From Eledone cirrhosa (Eukaryota), in contig OZ024740.1 of NCBI GenBank assembly GCA_964016885.1, positions 302,498,001 to 302,562,000 of the forward strand: DNA of 64,000 bases, in the 5' to 3' direction. The notes under the pieces were generated by a model. It was given only the letters and a program-made list of their open reading frames with translations. It searched no databases and was not told the DNA's origin. The position numbers and the translations under genes are program-made. Shown here piece by piece: positions 37,741 to 51,701 of the stretch (within the stretch, counting starts at the first letter, position 1; each line of letters begins with the position of its first letter).

Positions 37741-39337
37741 ATGAAATGACAGGAGGCTGGACTTGTGTAAATCCTTGAAAGGTTTATTATACTAGTTATC
37801 ATTTCAATGACCGGGTTCGTATGAATCCGGTGATATCATCAGGTATTCTAAATATAGTAAGTGAATGTAATAGATAAAATCCATGGGGCTGAAACTACTC
37901 GGAGTGGCTTGATACGCCCCAGGGGCCCGACGCGCAGCCGGTTTTTTAACCGCCATATACTACCTTTAAATTACAGATCAAATCAGAACTATTAGATATA
38001 TCATGCTTCCCTCTACTTAAGCATATCCCCCTCCTGGGTAAAGGAATAGTACTGATTTTGTACAAGAATGGCTTAACGATGCGGGCTGACTTCCTGCTGG
38101 CCCACCTGAAGCTTGCTATACATTCCTAGAGTGCTCGGAAAAATCGATTTCCATATCTTTCGCTAGGCGATATCACTCGGAGTGATGGGCTGCCCAAGCA
38201 TGTAGTCGCCGCATGCTGTTTGACGGCTAAACAAAGACATAATCTATAATAAAATTTAAGTGTCTTCATAAAAGACTCTTTCTTTGCTTAAACCTCGCAA
38301 CCTTGAAAATGTTAAACTGTTTAACTTTAAATTTTCTAATTTCTTTAATTTTATAATGTTAATATTAAATATTAATTTTTTAACTTCATCCTATAAGTCT
38401 AAACAAAAATGTAACGTTCCAAACTTCTGCTCACACATTATAACTCACTGAGCCCCACTATATTTACCTCTGCTATGATACGGGTCCCTTTGAAAATATT
38501 TATTTCGCGCCATTCGTGGCCTGACTGTAGTCCAACATTAATATCGACCTTTCTTCCTCTTTCTTTCTATCTTTCTTCTTGTAGCCATCAACCCTGACTT
38601 TTCTTCTTCTTCCTTTTCTTCCTTCTCTTCTCCCTTCTTTCTGTCTTTCCCCCGCTGACTTATCTTCCTTCCCCTTTTTGTTTGCCTATATTTGACCGGT
38701 AGTAGTTATTAAGATACGGGTCCCTAGAGAATAAAAATTTGTTCGCGACATTCCTGGCCTGACTGTAATACCGACCTTTCCTCCTCTTTCTTTCTGTCTT
38801 TCTTCTTATAGCTGATATTACCCTGGCTTCTCTTCTTCTTCCTTCCCCCTTCTTCTCTCTTCTTTCTTTGTTTCTTTCTTTTTTCTTGTGGCATGATATT
38901 AACGCTGACTTATGTTCCTATCCCTTCCTGTTTTCCTTTATTTGACCGGTAATAGCACACTGTAAGCTTTAGCCACGTCACTCGAGGGCGACCGGCAAAG
39001 GTAGAAGATGCTGCATGGCGGTCGTCCTCGGGTCTTTGATTTTCAGCCCCATGGATTTTATCTATTACATTCACTTATTATATTTCGAATACCTGATGAT
39101 ATCACCGGTTTCATACGGAACCCGGTCATTGAAATGATCATAGTATAATAAACCTTTCAAGGATTTACACAAGTCCAGCCTCCTGTCATTTCATTGTAAT
39201 ATTTAACTCCGTAATAGCACCACCAACTACAAAAACAAAGACGGTTGAACTGCTTTACGTTGAGTACTCTCCATATTATTACATTGAGATTGACCATACG
39301 GAATTGACCAGCTCTATCCAGTGGTGAACCTCAAACC

Positions 39338-39340
<3 letters not shown>
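37739..39340 (+). mobile_element. Non-autonomous or truncated PLE-like element: inverted 5' repeat, body, 3' repeat
   Basis: 37739-37894 is the reverse complement of ~39042-39195; internal ~240-bp tandem duplication (~38477-38705 / ~38713-38955); (TA)n on both sides; no ORF. Confidence 0.85.
39089..39146 (+). ncRNA. Type I hammerhead ribozyme (mirror copy at 37789-37846, minus)
   Basis: atac-CTGATGA-tatc-accgg..ttc(atacg)gaa..ccggt-catt-GAAA-tgatca-TA-gtat; palindromic stem III. Confidence 0.8.
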
Positions 39341-39408
<68 letters not shown>

Positions 39409-39463
39409 TTTCTGAATTTTTTTAGCAAGATTCTTTATCTGCAAACGTGTGTTGAAACCGATA

Positions 39464-39910
39464 TTGTTATAATTTGGGAGTGTCCTGTTGCCAATAAAAA
39501 AACTCACGCACCAGATGTTTTCATTTCAATTTATTATAAATTTCCGGTTGGTTGGTTGGTTCCACAACCGGATGGTTGTTCATATATTGCCAAATTCTTT
39601 CGTCACACATTATGTGACCTCTTCAGTGACTGGGGATTCTTTTCTTTGTTTTGTACCTCTCCTGTGTTCTGTCCTACGCCACAAAAACAATATGGCGTAG
39701 GACAGAACAAAGGAGTTGCACAAAACAAAGAAAAGAATCCCCAGTCACTGAAGAGGTCAGAGAATGTGTGAGGAAAGAACTTTGGCAATATATGAACAAC
39801 CATCCGGTTGTGGAACCAACAAACCGACCGGAAATTTATAATAAATTGAAGTGAAAGCAACTGGTGGGTGTGTTTCTTATTGGCAACATGACCCTCCCAA
39901 AGTCTAACAA
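39464..39910. repeat. ~450-bp palindrome made of two inverted PLE 3' ends, each with an HHR
   Basis: Arms meet at gtcctacgcca-(11 nt)-tggcgtaggac; HHR gtca-CTGAAGA-g-gtcaca(taatg)tgtgac-GAAA at 39589-39630 (-) and 39744-39786 (+); terminus atgaccctcccaaa..taacaa matches PLE end 37653-37676. Confidence 0.9.
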
Positions 39911-39911
39911 C

Positions 39912-39995
<84 letters not shown>

Positions 39996-40817
39996 ATTGA
40001 TGAACAACTTTTTAGCAAGACCTGTAAGAAATCGCAACCAAATATCACAAAACTTAGTCTACTGTTTTGTGTATATACATATTATTACATGGCTCAACTT
40101 TGCCGCAAATCTCTTCTCGAAACAGTTGGTTGGCGGCGACATTGTGAAAATAGCCAGCGAGATATTTTGGGGTGTCTGTTTCAGCTCAGTGCTTTCTGAG
40201 TTTAAATACTTCTTACTTTCATTGGGACAATGTTGCCGTTCTGCCAGGATTTGCGAACAACATATAATGACTGCAATGCAAAGCCCAACGACTGCCATTT
40301 ACCCAAAAGCAAAATGAATGTTTAAAGAAAAAGATGCATTTTACCTTAAGTGTGGAGAAACGCGGCTTTTGAGGACATGTTATACTTTTTGTATTGCTTG
40401 CTCGGGAAAGAGGACCCATAAGAGATTGGTTAGTGACAGGAAGGAAATTTTCAAACCAGTTTCCTGTCCTAATTCTTGAAACAAATTGCACTCTTCTAAA
40501 ACAGTTTGATACCTAAGTCAATACTCATTGATCCGTGGCATTACAACCACAGCACGACCCAATAATATGGGTACTGAATAATACATCTGTGCAATCGTAC
40601 GATCGAGTAGGAACAGAAAAATAATGTCTTATTTTAATTGGAAAATGAATACATGGACAAAAGGCGCGATAATAAGTGTTATATGAATTGGAGGACAAAT
40701 GGGGACAAATCAAGGTTCTTTTAAAATTATAAGATATCATATACATTGCATGAACTACGAGAATCAACTCCCACCTCACTTTATATGAGCCAGTAAATTG
40801 TTATTTTAAAGATCGAT

Positions 40818-40995
40818 AATTGTTTCTACTATTGGCACAAGGCCAGCAATTACCCAGTGCATTACTGGTACTTTATTTTATCGACCCTGTAAGAATGAAA
40901 GGCAAAGTTAACCTCGGCGGGATTTGAACTCAGATGGTAAAGGGACGTCACTACGCTGGAGAGCATGTCTGACCCTCTACCAATACTGCCAATTC
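40818..40995 (-). mobile_element. tRNA-derived SINE
   Basis: Same family as 8374; flanked by tcgataat at 40813-40820 and 40994-41001. Confidence 0.9.
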
Positions 40996-41050
40996 GATAA
41001 TGCGTGCAAGTTTGTTTACAACTTGGTGGCTCCACTCTGTTGATAAAATT

Positions 41051-44000
41051 ACTATTTAGTAGCACTACTATGTTGGTCGCCTCACCATGCTGATAGCACT
41101 ATTATGTTGGTAGAACCACTATGTTGGTAGCACTATTATGTTGGTAGCACTATTATGTTGGTAGAACCACTATGTTGGTAGCACTATTATGTTGGTAGCA
41201 TCACTATGCTGGTAGCACTATTATGTTGGTAGCACTGTTATGTTGGTAGCCCAACTATGTTGGTAGCACTACTATGTTGGTAGCACTATTATGTTGGTAG
41301 AACCACTATGTTGGTAGCACTATTATGTTGGTAGAACAACTATGTTGGTAGCACTATTATGTTGGTAGAACCACTATGTTGGTAGCACTATTATGTTGGT
41401 AGCATCACTATGCTGGTAGCACTATTATGTTGGTAGCACTGTTATGTTGGTAGCCCAACTATGTTGGTAGCCCACTATGTTGGTAGTACTACTATGTTGG
41501 AAGCCCCACTATGTTGGTAGCACTACTATATTGGTAGCACTACTATGTTGGTAGCCCCACTATGTTGGTAGCACTACTATGTTGGTAGCACTACTATGTT
41601 GGTAGCACTACTATGTTGGTAGCCCCACTATGTTGGTAGCCCCACAATGTTGGTAGCCCCACTATGTTGGTAGCACTACTATGTTGGTAGCACTACTATG
41701 TTGGTAGACCCACTATGTTGGTAGCCCAACTATGTTGGTAGCACTACTATGTTGGTAGCACCACTATGTTGGTAGCCCCACTATGTTGGTAGCCCAACTA
41801 TGTTGGTAGCACCACTATGTTGGTAGCCCTACTATGTTGGTAGCCCCACTATGTTGGTAGCACTACTATGTTGGTAGCCCCACTATGTTGGTAGCCCCAC
41901 TATGTTGGTAGCCCAACTATGTTGGTAGCACCACTATGTTGGTAGCACTACTATGTTGGTAGCAGCACTATGTTGGTAGCACTACTATGTTGGTAGCAGC
42001 ACTATGTTGGTAGTCCAACTATGTTGGTAGCCCCACTATGTTGGTAGCACTACTATGTTGGTAGCCCCACTATGTTGGTAGCCCCACTATGTTGGTAGCA
42101 CTACTATGTTGGTAGCAGCACTATGTTGGTAGTCCAACTATGTTGGTAGCCCCACTATGTTGGTAGCACTACTATGTTGGTAGCCCCACTATGTTGGTAG
42201 CCCCACTATGTTGGTAGCCCCACTATGTTGGTAGCCCCACTATGTTGGTAGACCAACTATGTTGGTAGCCCCACTATGTTGGTAGCCCCACTATGTTGGT
42301 AGCCCCACTATGTTGGTAGCACTACTATGTTGGTAGCCCCACTATGTTGGTAGCCCCACTATGTTGGTAGCCCCACTATGTTGGTAGCACCACTATGTTG
42401 GTAGCCCCACTATGTTGGTAGCACTACTATGTTGGTAGCCCCACTAAGTTGGTAGCACTACTATGTTGGTAGACCCACTATGTTGGTAGCCCAACTATGT
42501 TGATAGCACTACTATGTTGGTAGCCCCACTATGTTGGTAGCACTACTATGTTGGTAGCCCCACTATGTTGGTAGCCCCACTATGTTGGTAGCACTACTAT
42601 GTTGGTAGACCAACTATGTTGGTAGCCCCACTATGTTGGTAGCCCCACTATGTTGGTAGCCCAACTATGTTGATAGCACTACTATGTTGGTAGCCCCACT
42701 ATGTTGGTAGCCCCACTATGTTGGTAGCCCCACTATGTTGGTAGCACTACTATGTTGGTAGACCAACTATGTTGGTAGCCCCACTATGTTGGTAGCCCCA
42801 CTATGTTGGTAGCCCAACTATGTTGATAGCACTACTATGTTGGTAGCCCCACTATGTTGGTAGCACTACTATGCTGGTAGCCCCACTATGTTGGTAGCAC
42901 CACTATGTTGGTAGCACTACTATGCTGGTAGCCCCACTATGTTGGTAGCCCCACTATGTTGGTAGCACTACTATGCTGGTAGCCCCACTATGTTGGTAGC
43001 AGCACTATGTTGGTAGCCCCACTATGTTGGTAGCACCACTATGTTGGTAGCACTACTATGTTGGTAGCCCCACTATGTTGGTAGCACCACTATGTTGGTA
43101 GCCCCACTATGTTGGTAGCACAACTATGTTGGTAGCCCCACTATGTTGGTAGCCCCACTATGTTGGTAGCCCCACTATGTTGGTAGCACCACTATGTTGG
43201 TAGCACTACTATGTTGGTAGCCCCACTATGTTGGTAGCACCACTATGTTGGTAGCCCCACTATGTTGGTAGCACAACTATGTTGGTAGCCCCACTATGTT
43301 GGTAGCCCCACTATGTTGGTAGCCCCACTATGTTGGTAGCACTACTATGTTGGTAGCAGCACTATGTTGGTAGCACTACTATGTTGGTAGCCCCACTATG
43401 TTGGTAGCCCCACTATGCTGGTAGCCCCACTATGTTGGTAGCACTACTATATTGGTAGCCCTACTATGTTGGTAGTCCAACTATGTTGGTAGCCCCACTA
43501 TGTTGGTAGCACTACTATGTTGGTAGCACTACTATGTTGGTAGCCCCACTATGTTGGTAGCACTACTATGTTGGTAGCACTACTATGTTGGTAGCCCCAC
43601 AATGTTGGTAGCAGCACTATGTTGGTAGCACTACTATGTTGGTAGCCCCACTATGTTGGTAGCCCCACTATATTGGTAGCCCCACTATGCTGGTAGCCCC
43701 ACTATGTTGGTAGCACTACTATATTGGTAGCCCTACTATGTTGGTAGCCCCACTATGTTGGTAGCCCCACTATGTTGGTAGCCCCACTATGTTGGTAGCC
43801 CCACTATGTTGGTAGCCCCACTATGTTGATAGCACTACTATGTTGGTAGCCCCACTATGTTGGTAGCCCCACTATGTTGGTAGCACTACTATGTTGGTAG
43901 CCCCACTATGTTGGTAGCACTACTATGTTGGTAGCACCGCTATGTTGGTAGCACTACTATGTTGGTAGCCCCACTATGTTGGTAGCCCCACTATGTTGGT

Positions 44001-47000
44001 AGGACCACTATGTTGGTAGCCCCACTATGTTGGTAGCACTACTATGTTGGTAGCACTATTATGTTGGTAGCATCACTATGCTGGTAGCACTATTATGTTG
44101 GTAGCACTGTTATGTTGGTAGCCCAACTATGTTGGTAGCCCACTATGTTGGTAGTACTACTATGTTGGAAGCCCCACTATGTTGGTAGCACTACTATATT
44201 GGTAGCACTACTATGTTGGTAGCCCCACTATGTTGGTAGCACTACTATGTTGGTAGCACTACTATGTTGGTAGCCCCACTATGTTGGTAGCCCCACAATG
44301 TTGGTAGCCCCACTATGTTGATAGCACTACTATGTTGGTAGCACTACTATGTTGGTAGCCCCACTATGTTGGTAGCCCCACAATGTTGGTAGCCCCACTA
44401 TGTTGGTAGCACTACTATGTTGGTAGCACTACTATGTTGGTAGACCCACTATGTTGGTAGCCCAACTATGTTGGTAGCACTACTATGTTGGTAGCACCAC
44501 TATGTTGGTAGCCCCACTATGTTGGTAGCCCAACTATGTTGGTAGCACCACTATGTTGGTAGCCCTACTATGTTGGTAGCCCCACTATGTTGGTAGCACT
44601 ACTATGTTGGTAGCCCCACTATGTTGGTAGCCCCACTATGTTGGTAGCCCAACTATGTTGGTAGCACCACTATGTTGGTAGCACTACTATGTTGGTAGCA
44701 GCACTATGTTGGTAGCACTACTATGTTGGTAGCAGCACTATGTTGGTAGTCCAACTATGTTGGTAGCCCCACTATGTTGGTAGCACTACTATGTTGGTAG
44801 CCCCACTATGTTGGTAGCCCCACTATGTTGGTAGCACTACTATGTTGGTAGCAGCACTATGTTGGTAGTCCAACTATGTTGGTAGCCCCACTATGTTGGT
44901 AGCACTACTATGTTGGTAGCCCCACTATGTTGGTAGCCCCACTATGTTGGTAGCCCCACTATGTTGGTAGCCCCACTATGTTGGTAGACCAACTATGTTG
45001 GTAGCCCCACTATGTTGGTAGCCCCACTATGTTGGTAGCCCCACTATGTTGGTAGCACTACTATGTTGGTAGCCCCACTATGTTGGTAGCCCCACTATGT
45101 TGGTAGCCCCACTATGTTGGTAGCACCACTATGTTGGTAGCCCCACTATGTTGGTAGCACTACTATGTTGGTAGCCCCACTAAGTTGGTAGCACTACTAT
45201 GTTGGTAGACCCACTATGTTGGTAGCCCAACTATGTTGATAGCACTACTATGTTGGTAGCCCCACTATGTTGGTAGCACTACTATGTTGGTAGCCCCACT
45301 ATGTTGGTAGCCCCACTATGTTGGTAGCACTACTATGTTGGTAGACCAACTATGTTGGTAGCCCCACTATGTTGGTAGCCCCACTATGTTGGTAGCCCAA
45401 CTATGTTGATAGCACTACTATGTTGGTAGCCCCACTATGTTGGTAGCCCCACTATGTTGGTAGCCCCACTATGTTGGTAGCACTACTATGTTGGTAGACC
45501 AACTATGTTGGTAGCCCCACTATGTTGGTAGCCCCACTATGTTGGTAGCCCAACTATGTTGATAGCACTACTATGTTGGTAGCCCCACTATGTTGGTAGC
45601 ACTACTATGCTGGTAGCCCCACTATGTTGGTAGCACCACTATGTTGGTAGCACTACTATGCTGGTAGCCCCACTATGTTGGTAGCCCCACTATGTTGGTA
45701 GCACTACTATGCTGGTAGCCCCACTATGTTGGTAGCAGCACTATGTTGGTAGCCCCACTATGTTGGTAGCACCACTATGTTGGTAGCACTACTATGTTGG
45801 TAGCCCCACTATGTTGGTAGCACCACTATGTTGGTAGCCCCACTATGTTGGTAGCACAACTATGTTGGTAGCCCCACTATGTTGGTAGCCCCACTATGTT
45901 GGTAGCCCCACTATGTTGGTAGCACCACTATGTTGGTAGCACTACTATGTTGGTAGCCCCACTATGTTGGTAGCACCACTATGTTGGTAGCCCCACTATG
46001 TTGGTAGCACAACTATGTTGGTAGCCCCACTATGTTGGTAGCCCCACTATGTTGGTAGCCCCACTATGTTGGTAGCACTACTATGTTGGTAGCAGCACTA
46101 TGTTGGTAGCACTACTATGTTGGTAGCCCCACTATGTTGGTAGCCCCACTATGCTGGTAGCCCCACTATGTTGGTAGCACTACTATATTGGTAGCCCTAC
46201 TATGTTGGTAGTCCAACTATGTTGGTAGCCCCACTATGTTGGTAGCACTACTATGTTGGTAGCACTACTATGTTGGTAGCCCCACTATGTTGGTAGCACT
46301 ACTATGTTGGTAGCACTACTATGTTGGTAGCCCCACAATGTTGGTAGCAGCACTATGTTGGTAGCACTACTATGTTGGTAGCCCCACTATGTTGGTAGCC
46401 CCACTATATTGGTAGCCCCACTATGCTGGTAGCCCCACTATGTTGGTAGCACTACTATATTGGTAGCCCTACTATGTTGGTAGCCCCACTATGTTGGTAG
46501 CCCCACTATGTTGGTAGCCCCACTATGTTGGTAGCCCCACTATGTTGGTAGCCCCACTATGTTGATAGCACTACTATGTTGGTAGCCCCACTATGTTGGT
46601 AGCCCCACTATGTTGGTAGCACTACTATGTTGGTAGCCCCACTATGTTGGTAGCACTACTATGTTGGTAGCACCGCTATGTTGGTAGCACTACTATGTTG
46701 GTAGCCCCACTATGTTGGTAGCCCCACTATGTTGGTAGGACCACTATGTTGGTAGCCCCACTATGTTGGTAGCACTACTATGTTGGTAGCACCACTATGT
46801 TGGTAGCACTACTATGTTGGTAGCCCCACTATGTTGGTAGCCCCACTATGTTGGTAGCACCACTATGTTGGTAGCCCCACTATGTTGGTAGCCCCACTAT
46901 GTTGGTAGCCCCACTATGTTGGTAGCACTACTATGTTGGTAGCCCCACTATGTTGGTAGCACTACTATATTGGTAGCCCTACTATGTTAGTAGCCCCACT

Positions 47001-50000
47001 ATGTTGGTAGCACTACTATGTTGGTAGCACTACTATGTTGGTAGCCCCACTATGTTGGTAGCACTACTATGCTGGTAGCCCCACTATGTTGGTAGCACTA
47101 CTATGTTGGTAGCCCCACTATGTTGGTAGCACTACTATGTTGGTAGCACTACTATGTTGGTAGCACTACTATGTTGGTAGCACTACTATGTTGGTAGCAC
47201 TACTATGTTGGTAGCACTACTATGTTGGTAGCCCCACTATGTTGGTAGCACTACTATGCTGGTAGCCCCACTATGTTGGTAGCACTACTATGCTGGTAGC
47301 CCCACTATGTTGGTAGCACAACTATGTTGGTAGCGCCACTATGTTGGTAGCACTACTATGCTGGTAGCCCCACTATGTTGGTAGCACCACTATGTTGGTA
47401 GCACTACTATGTTGGTAGCACTACTATGTTGGTAGCCCCACTATGTTGGTAGCACTACTATGTTGGTAGCCCCACTATGCTGGTAGCCCCACTATGTTGG
47501 TAGCACCACTATGTTGGTAGCCACACTATGTTGGTAGCACTACTATATTGGTAGCCCTACTATGTTAGTAGCCCCACTATGTTGGTAGCCCTACTATGTT
47601 GGTAGCCCCACTATGTTGGTAGCCCCACTATGTTGGTAGCACTACTATGTTGGTAGCACTACTATGTTGGTAGCCCCACTATGTTGGTAGCACTACTATA
47701 TTGGTAGCCCCACTATGTTGGTAGCACTACTATGTTGGTAGCCCCACTATGTTGGTAGCACTACTATGTTGGTAGCACTACTATGTTGGTAGCCCCACTA
47801 TGTTGGTAGCACTACTATGTTGGTAGCCCTACTATGTTGGTAGCACTACTATGTTGGTAGCACTACTATGTTGGTAGCACCACTATGTTGGTAGCCCTAC
47901 TATGTTGGTAGCACCACTATGTTGGTAGCCCCACTATGTTGGTAGCCCAACTATGTTGGTAGCCCCACTATGTTGGTAGCACTACTATGTTGGTAGCCCT
48001 ACTATGTTGGTAGCCCCACTATGTTGGTAGCCCCACTATGTTGGTAGCCCCACTATGTTGGTAGCACCACTATGTTGGTAGCACCACTATGTTGGTAGCA
48101 CCACTATGTTGGTAGCACTACTATGTTGGTAGCCCCACTATGTTAGTAGCACCACTATGTTGGTAGCACCACTATGTTGGTAGCCCCACTATGTTGGTAG
48201 CCCCACTATATTGGTAGCACTACTATGTTGGTAGCCCCACTATGTTGGTAGCACCACTATGTTGGTAGCCCCACTATGTTGGTAGCCCCACTATGTTGGT
48301 AGCCCCACTATGTTGGTAGCCCTACTATGTTGGTAGCACTACTATGTTGGTAGCACTACTATGTTGGTAGCCCCACTATGTTGGTAGCCCCACTATGTTG
48401 GTAGCCCCACTATGTTGGTAGCACCACTATGTTGGTAGCACTACTATGTTGGTAGCCCCACTATGTTGGTAGCCCCACTATGTTGGTAGCACTACTATGT
48501 TGGTAGCCCCACTATGTTGGTAGCACCACTATGTTGGTAGCACTACTATGTTGGTAGCCCCACTATGTTGGTAGCACTACTATGTTGGTAGCACTACTAT
48601 GTTGGTAGCCCCACTATGTTGGTAGCCCCACTATGTTGGTAGCCCCACTATGTTGGTAGCCCCACTATGTTGGTAGCACTACTATGTTGGTAGCCCCACT
48701 ATGTTGGTAGCCCCACTATGTTGGTAGCACTACTATGTTGGTAGCCCCACTATGTTGGTAGCCCCACTATGTTGGTAGCACTACTATGTTGGTAGCCCCA
48801 CTATGTTGGTAGCCCCACTATGTTGGTAGCACTACTATATTGGTAGCCCAACTATGTTGGTAGCCCCACTATGTTGGTAGCCCCACTATGTTGGTAGCCC
48901 CACTATATTGGTAGCACTACTATGTTGGTAGCCCCACTATGTTGGTAGCACCACTATGTTGGTAGCCCCACTATGTTGGTAGCCCCACTATGTTGGTAGC
49001 CGCACTATGTTGGTAGCCCCACTATGTTGGTAGCACTACTATGTTGGTAGCACTACTATGTTGGTAGCCCCACTATGTTGGTAGCACTACTATATTGGTA
49101 GCCCCACTATGTTGGTAGCACTACTATGTTGGTAGCCCCACTATTTTGGTAGCCCCACTATGTTGGTAGCCCCACTATGTTGGTAGCCCCACTATGTTGG
49201 TAGCCCAACTATGTTGGTAGCACTACTATGTTGGTAGCCCCACTATGTTGGTAGCCCCACTATGTTGGTAGCACTACTATGTTGGTAGCCCCACTATGTT
49301 GGTAGCCCCACTGTGTTGGTAGCCCCACTATGTTGGTAGCCCCACTATGTTGGTAGCACCACTATGTTGGTAGCACCACTATGTTGGTAGCCCCACTATG
49401 TTGGTAGCCCCACTATGTTGGTAGCCCCACTATGTTGGTAGCACCACTATGTTGGTAGCACTACTATGTTGGTAGCACTACTATGCTGGTAGCACAACTA
49501 TGTTGGTAGCACCACTATGTTGGTAGCACTACTATGTTGGTAGCACTACTATGCTGGTAGCACAACTATGTTGGTAGCACCACTATGTTGGTAGCCCCAC
49601 TATGTTGGTAGCCCCACTATGTTGGTAGCCCCACTATGTTGGTAGCCCCACTATGTTGGTAGCACTACTATGTTGGTAGCACCACTATGTTGGTAGCCCT
49701 ACTATGTTGGTAGCCCCACTATGTTGGTAGCACTACTATGTTGGTAGCACTACTATGTTGGTAGCCCTACTATGTTGGTAGCCCAACTATGTTGGTAGCC
49801 CCACTATGTTGGTAGCACTACTATGCTGGTAGCAGCACTATGCTGGTAGCCCCACTATGTTGGTAGCCCCACTATGTTGGTAGCCCCACTATGTTGGTAG
49901 CACTACTATGTTGGTAGCCCCACTATATTGGTAGCACTACTATGCTGGTAGCCCCACTATATTGGTAGCCCCACTATGTTGGTAGCACCAATATGTTGGT

Positions 50001-50180
50001 AGCACTACTATGCTGGTAGCAGCACTATGCTGGTAGCACTACTATGTTGGTAGCCCCACTATATTGGTAGCACCACTATGTTGGTAGCACCACTATGTTG
50101 GTAGCACTACTATGCTGGTAGTAGCACTATGCTGGTAGCACTTCTATGTTGGTAGCACTATTATGTTGGTAGAAGCACTA
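41051..50180. repeat. 17-bp minisatellite array (ACTATGTTGGTAG + variable 4 nt, mainly CCCC or CACT), roughly 535 units
   Basis: Direct inspection; degenerate units at both edges; length/17 gives ~535. Confidence 0.99.
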
Positions 50181-50348
50181 TCTATATTCCTAATTAAGTT
50201 TAGCCACTTGTTTTATACATACTGTCAATGTCAGATATACCCTACACTAGTTTGTGATTGCAGAGTTCAAAGTTCAACATTAATATTATATTGGATATTT
50301 AACGAGTGGGGAAATACGCAGGTTAGAATTATTACATACTCATGGAAG

Positions 50349-50381
<33 letters not shown>

Positions 50382-50404
50382 CTAAACAAATTCTAAAGTC
50401 TGTC

Positions 50405-50633
50405 TTAAGCCAGAAGGCTCATTTGGCCGGTGTTTATCCCGGTTTCATGGCGTGAAGCGACTGAGAGTACAAGACTCCCCCCTGGATAGGACGCCAGTCC
50501 ATCGCAGGGTTAATCCTCCAGCTATTGCTGGTACTCATTTTCAGCTGAGTATACTGGAGCAACGTGTCAAGAACACAACACGCAACCCAGGAATCGAGAC
50601 CACGACATTATGATCGTAAGGCCACGTGCCTCC
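50405..50633 (-). mobile_element. tRNA-derived SINE (third family, conserved-core type), internally deleted head
   Basis: Minus strand ggcacgtggcc...gtggtctcgattcc..ctcagctgaaaatgagtaccag..ctgcgatggactggcgtcctatccagggg. Confidence 0.8.
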
Positions 50634-50754
50634 ACATATATGTATATACTTATAGATGTATATACATACATATATATATACGTATATATATATCCATATA
50701 CATTCATACATACATCTCTCTCTCTCTCTGTATATCTATATATATATATATACA

Positions 50755-50945
50755 TATAGGAAAAAGTATGACCCCGACGGCAGAGCTCAAGCCGTTTCGA
50801 CGGCTATTTCTGAAATAGCCGTCAAAACGGCTTGAGCTCTGCCGTCGGAGTAATACTTTTTCCTATTTCCTACTCTACTACCCTAAGTATTGAGTACTCT
50901 GGTGCGTTATGGTCCACCTGGTTCCTTACCACGTTTCCTTTGTTA
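50755..50945. repeat. ~110-bp near-perfect palindrome (50755-50866) plus a unique tail, in (TA)n; probable PLE-type terminal remnant
   Basis: ataggaaaaagtat..ccgacggcagagctcaagccgttt.gacggctatttc-T-gaaatagccgtc.aaacggcttgagctctgccgtcgg..atactttttcctat. Confidence 0.85.
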
Positions 50946-51623
50946 TATATATATATATATATACATATATATAATGTTAATGTCATAAAATATCTGACTC
51001 TTCAAAATACAGAAATGTTGCACAGTTTTAGTACAGCCTTCAGATATTCAAATACAAATCTCGCTCTTAATCAGTTAAACACTTCCGTTGCTGAGCTTTT
51101 GACATCTCCTTCTACATGCCCACCAGATATAACTATCTGTGTTGTGATTCTTGTTGCCAAATCGTTAAAGATGTGGAATAGAAAAATGAAATATAGAAAT
51201 ATATCAATGGAGATTATATGCAGTCCTTTGTTGCGAACGGCTTAGAGATTGAAAATGATAAACTAGGAAATAACGAAGAAATGATTTTACTAAATTTCAT
51301 TCAGAAAGCAGGTACAAATCCATATATCTGGAACAGGGGATAGATTTTATCGAAGACAATGAAGATACCCACTAGACGGTCGTTATTGACGATGTTGCTG
51401 GTGCTTTTATTTTTTAATCCTAGTTAGAATTGTTCCAGTATTTAGAAACTGTGTATCTAATGTGTCCCTTCTTTACTCAAAATGGTAAGTCTATGCTAGG
51501 GGAAGATTCCACTACTCTTCTTCTCGGGTCGAACAACCACTATGTTATTGTGTTGAATATTCTCACATTCTTCTGGTGCAAGATCCTGATAGCTGGCTGA
51601 CATGAGGTATATATATATGTATA

Positions 51624-51684
<61 letters not shown>

Positions 51685-51701
51685 ATATATAATATATATA
51701 T

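Noticed and set aside
40059-40779. Cluster of short ORFs as a possible gene
   Set aside because: No recognisable domain, overlapping on both strands, no clear splice structure
41051-50180. CRISPR-like repeat/spacer array
   Set aside because: The variable part is only 4 nt and recurrent, there are no cas genes, and the context is eukaryotic; it is a minisatellite
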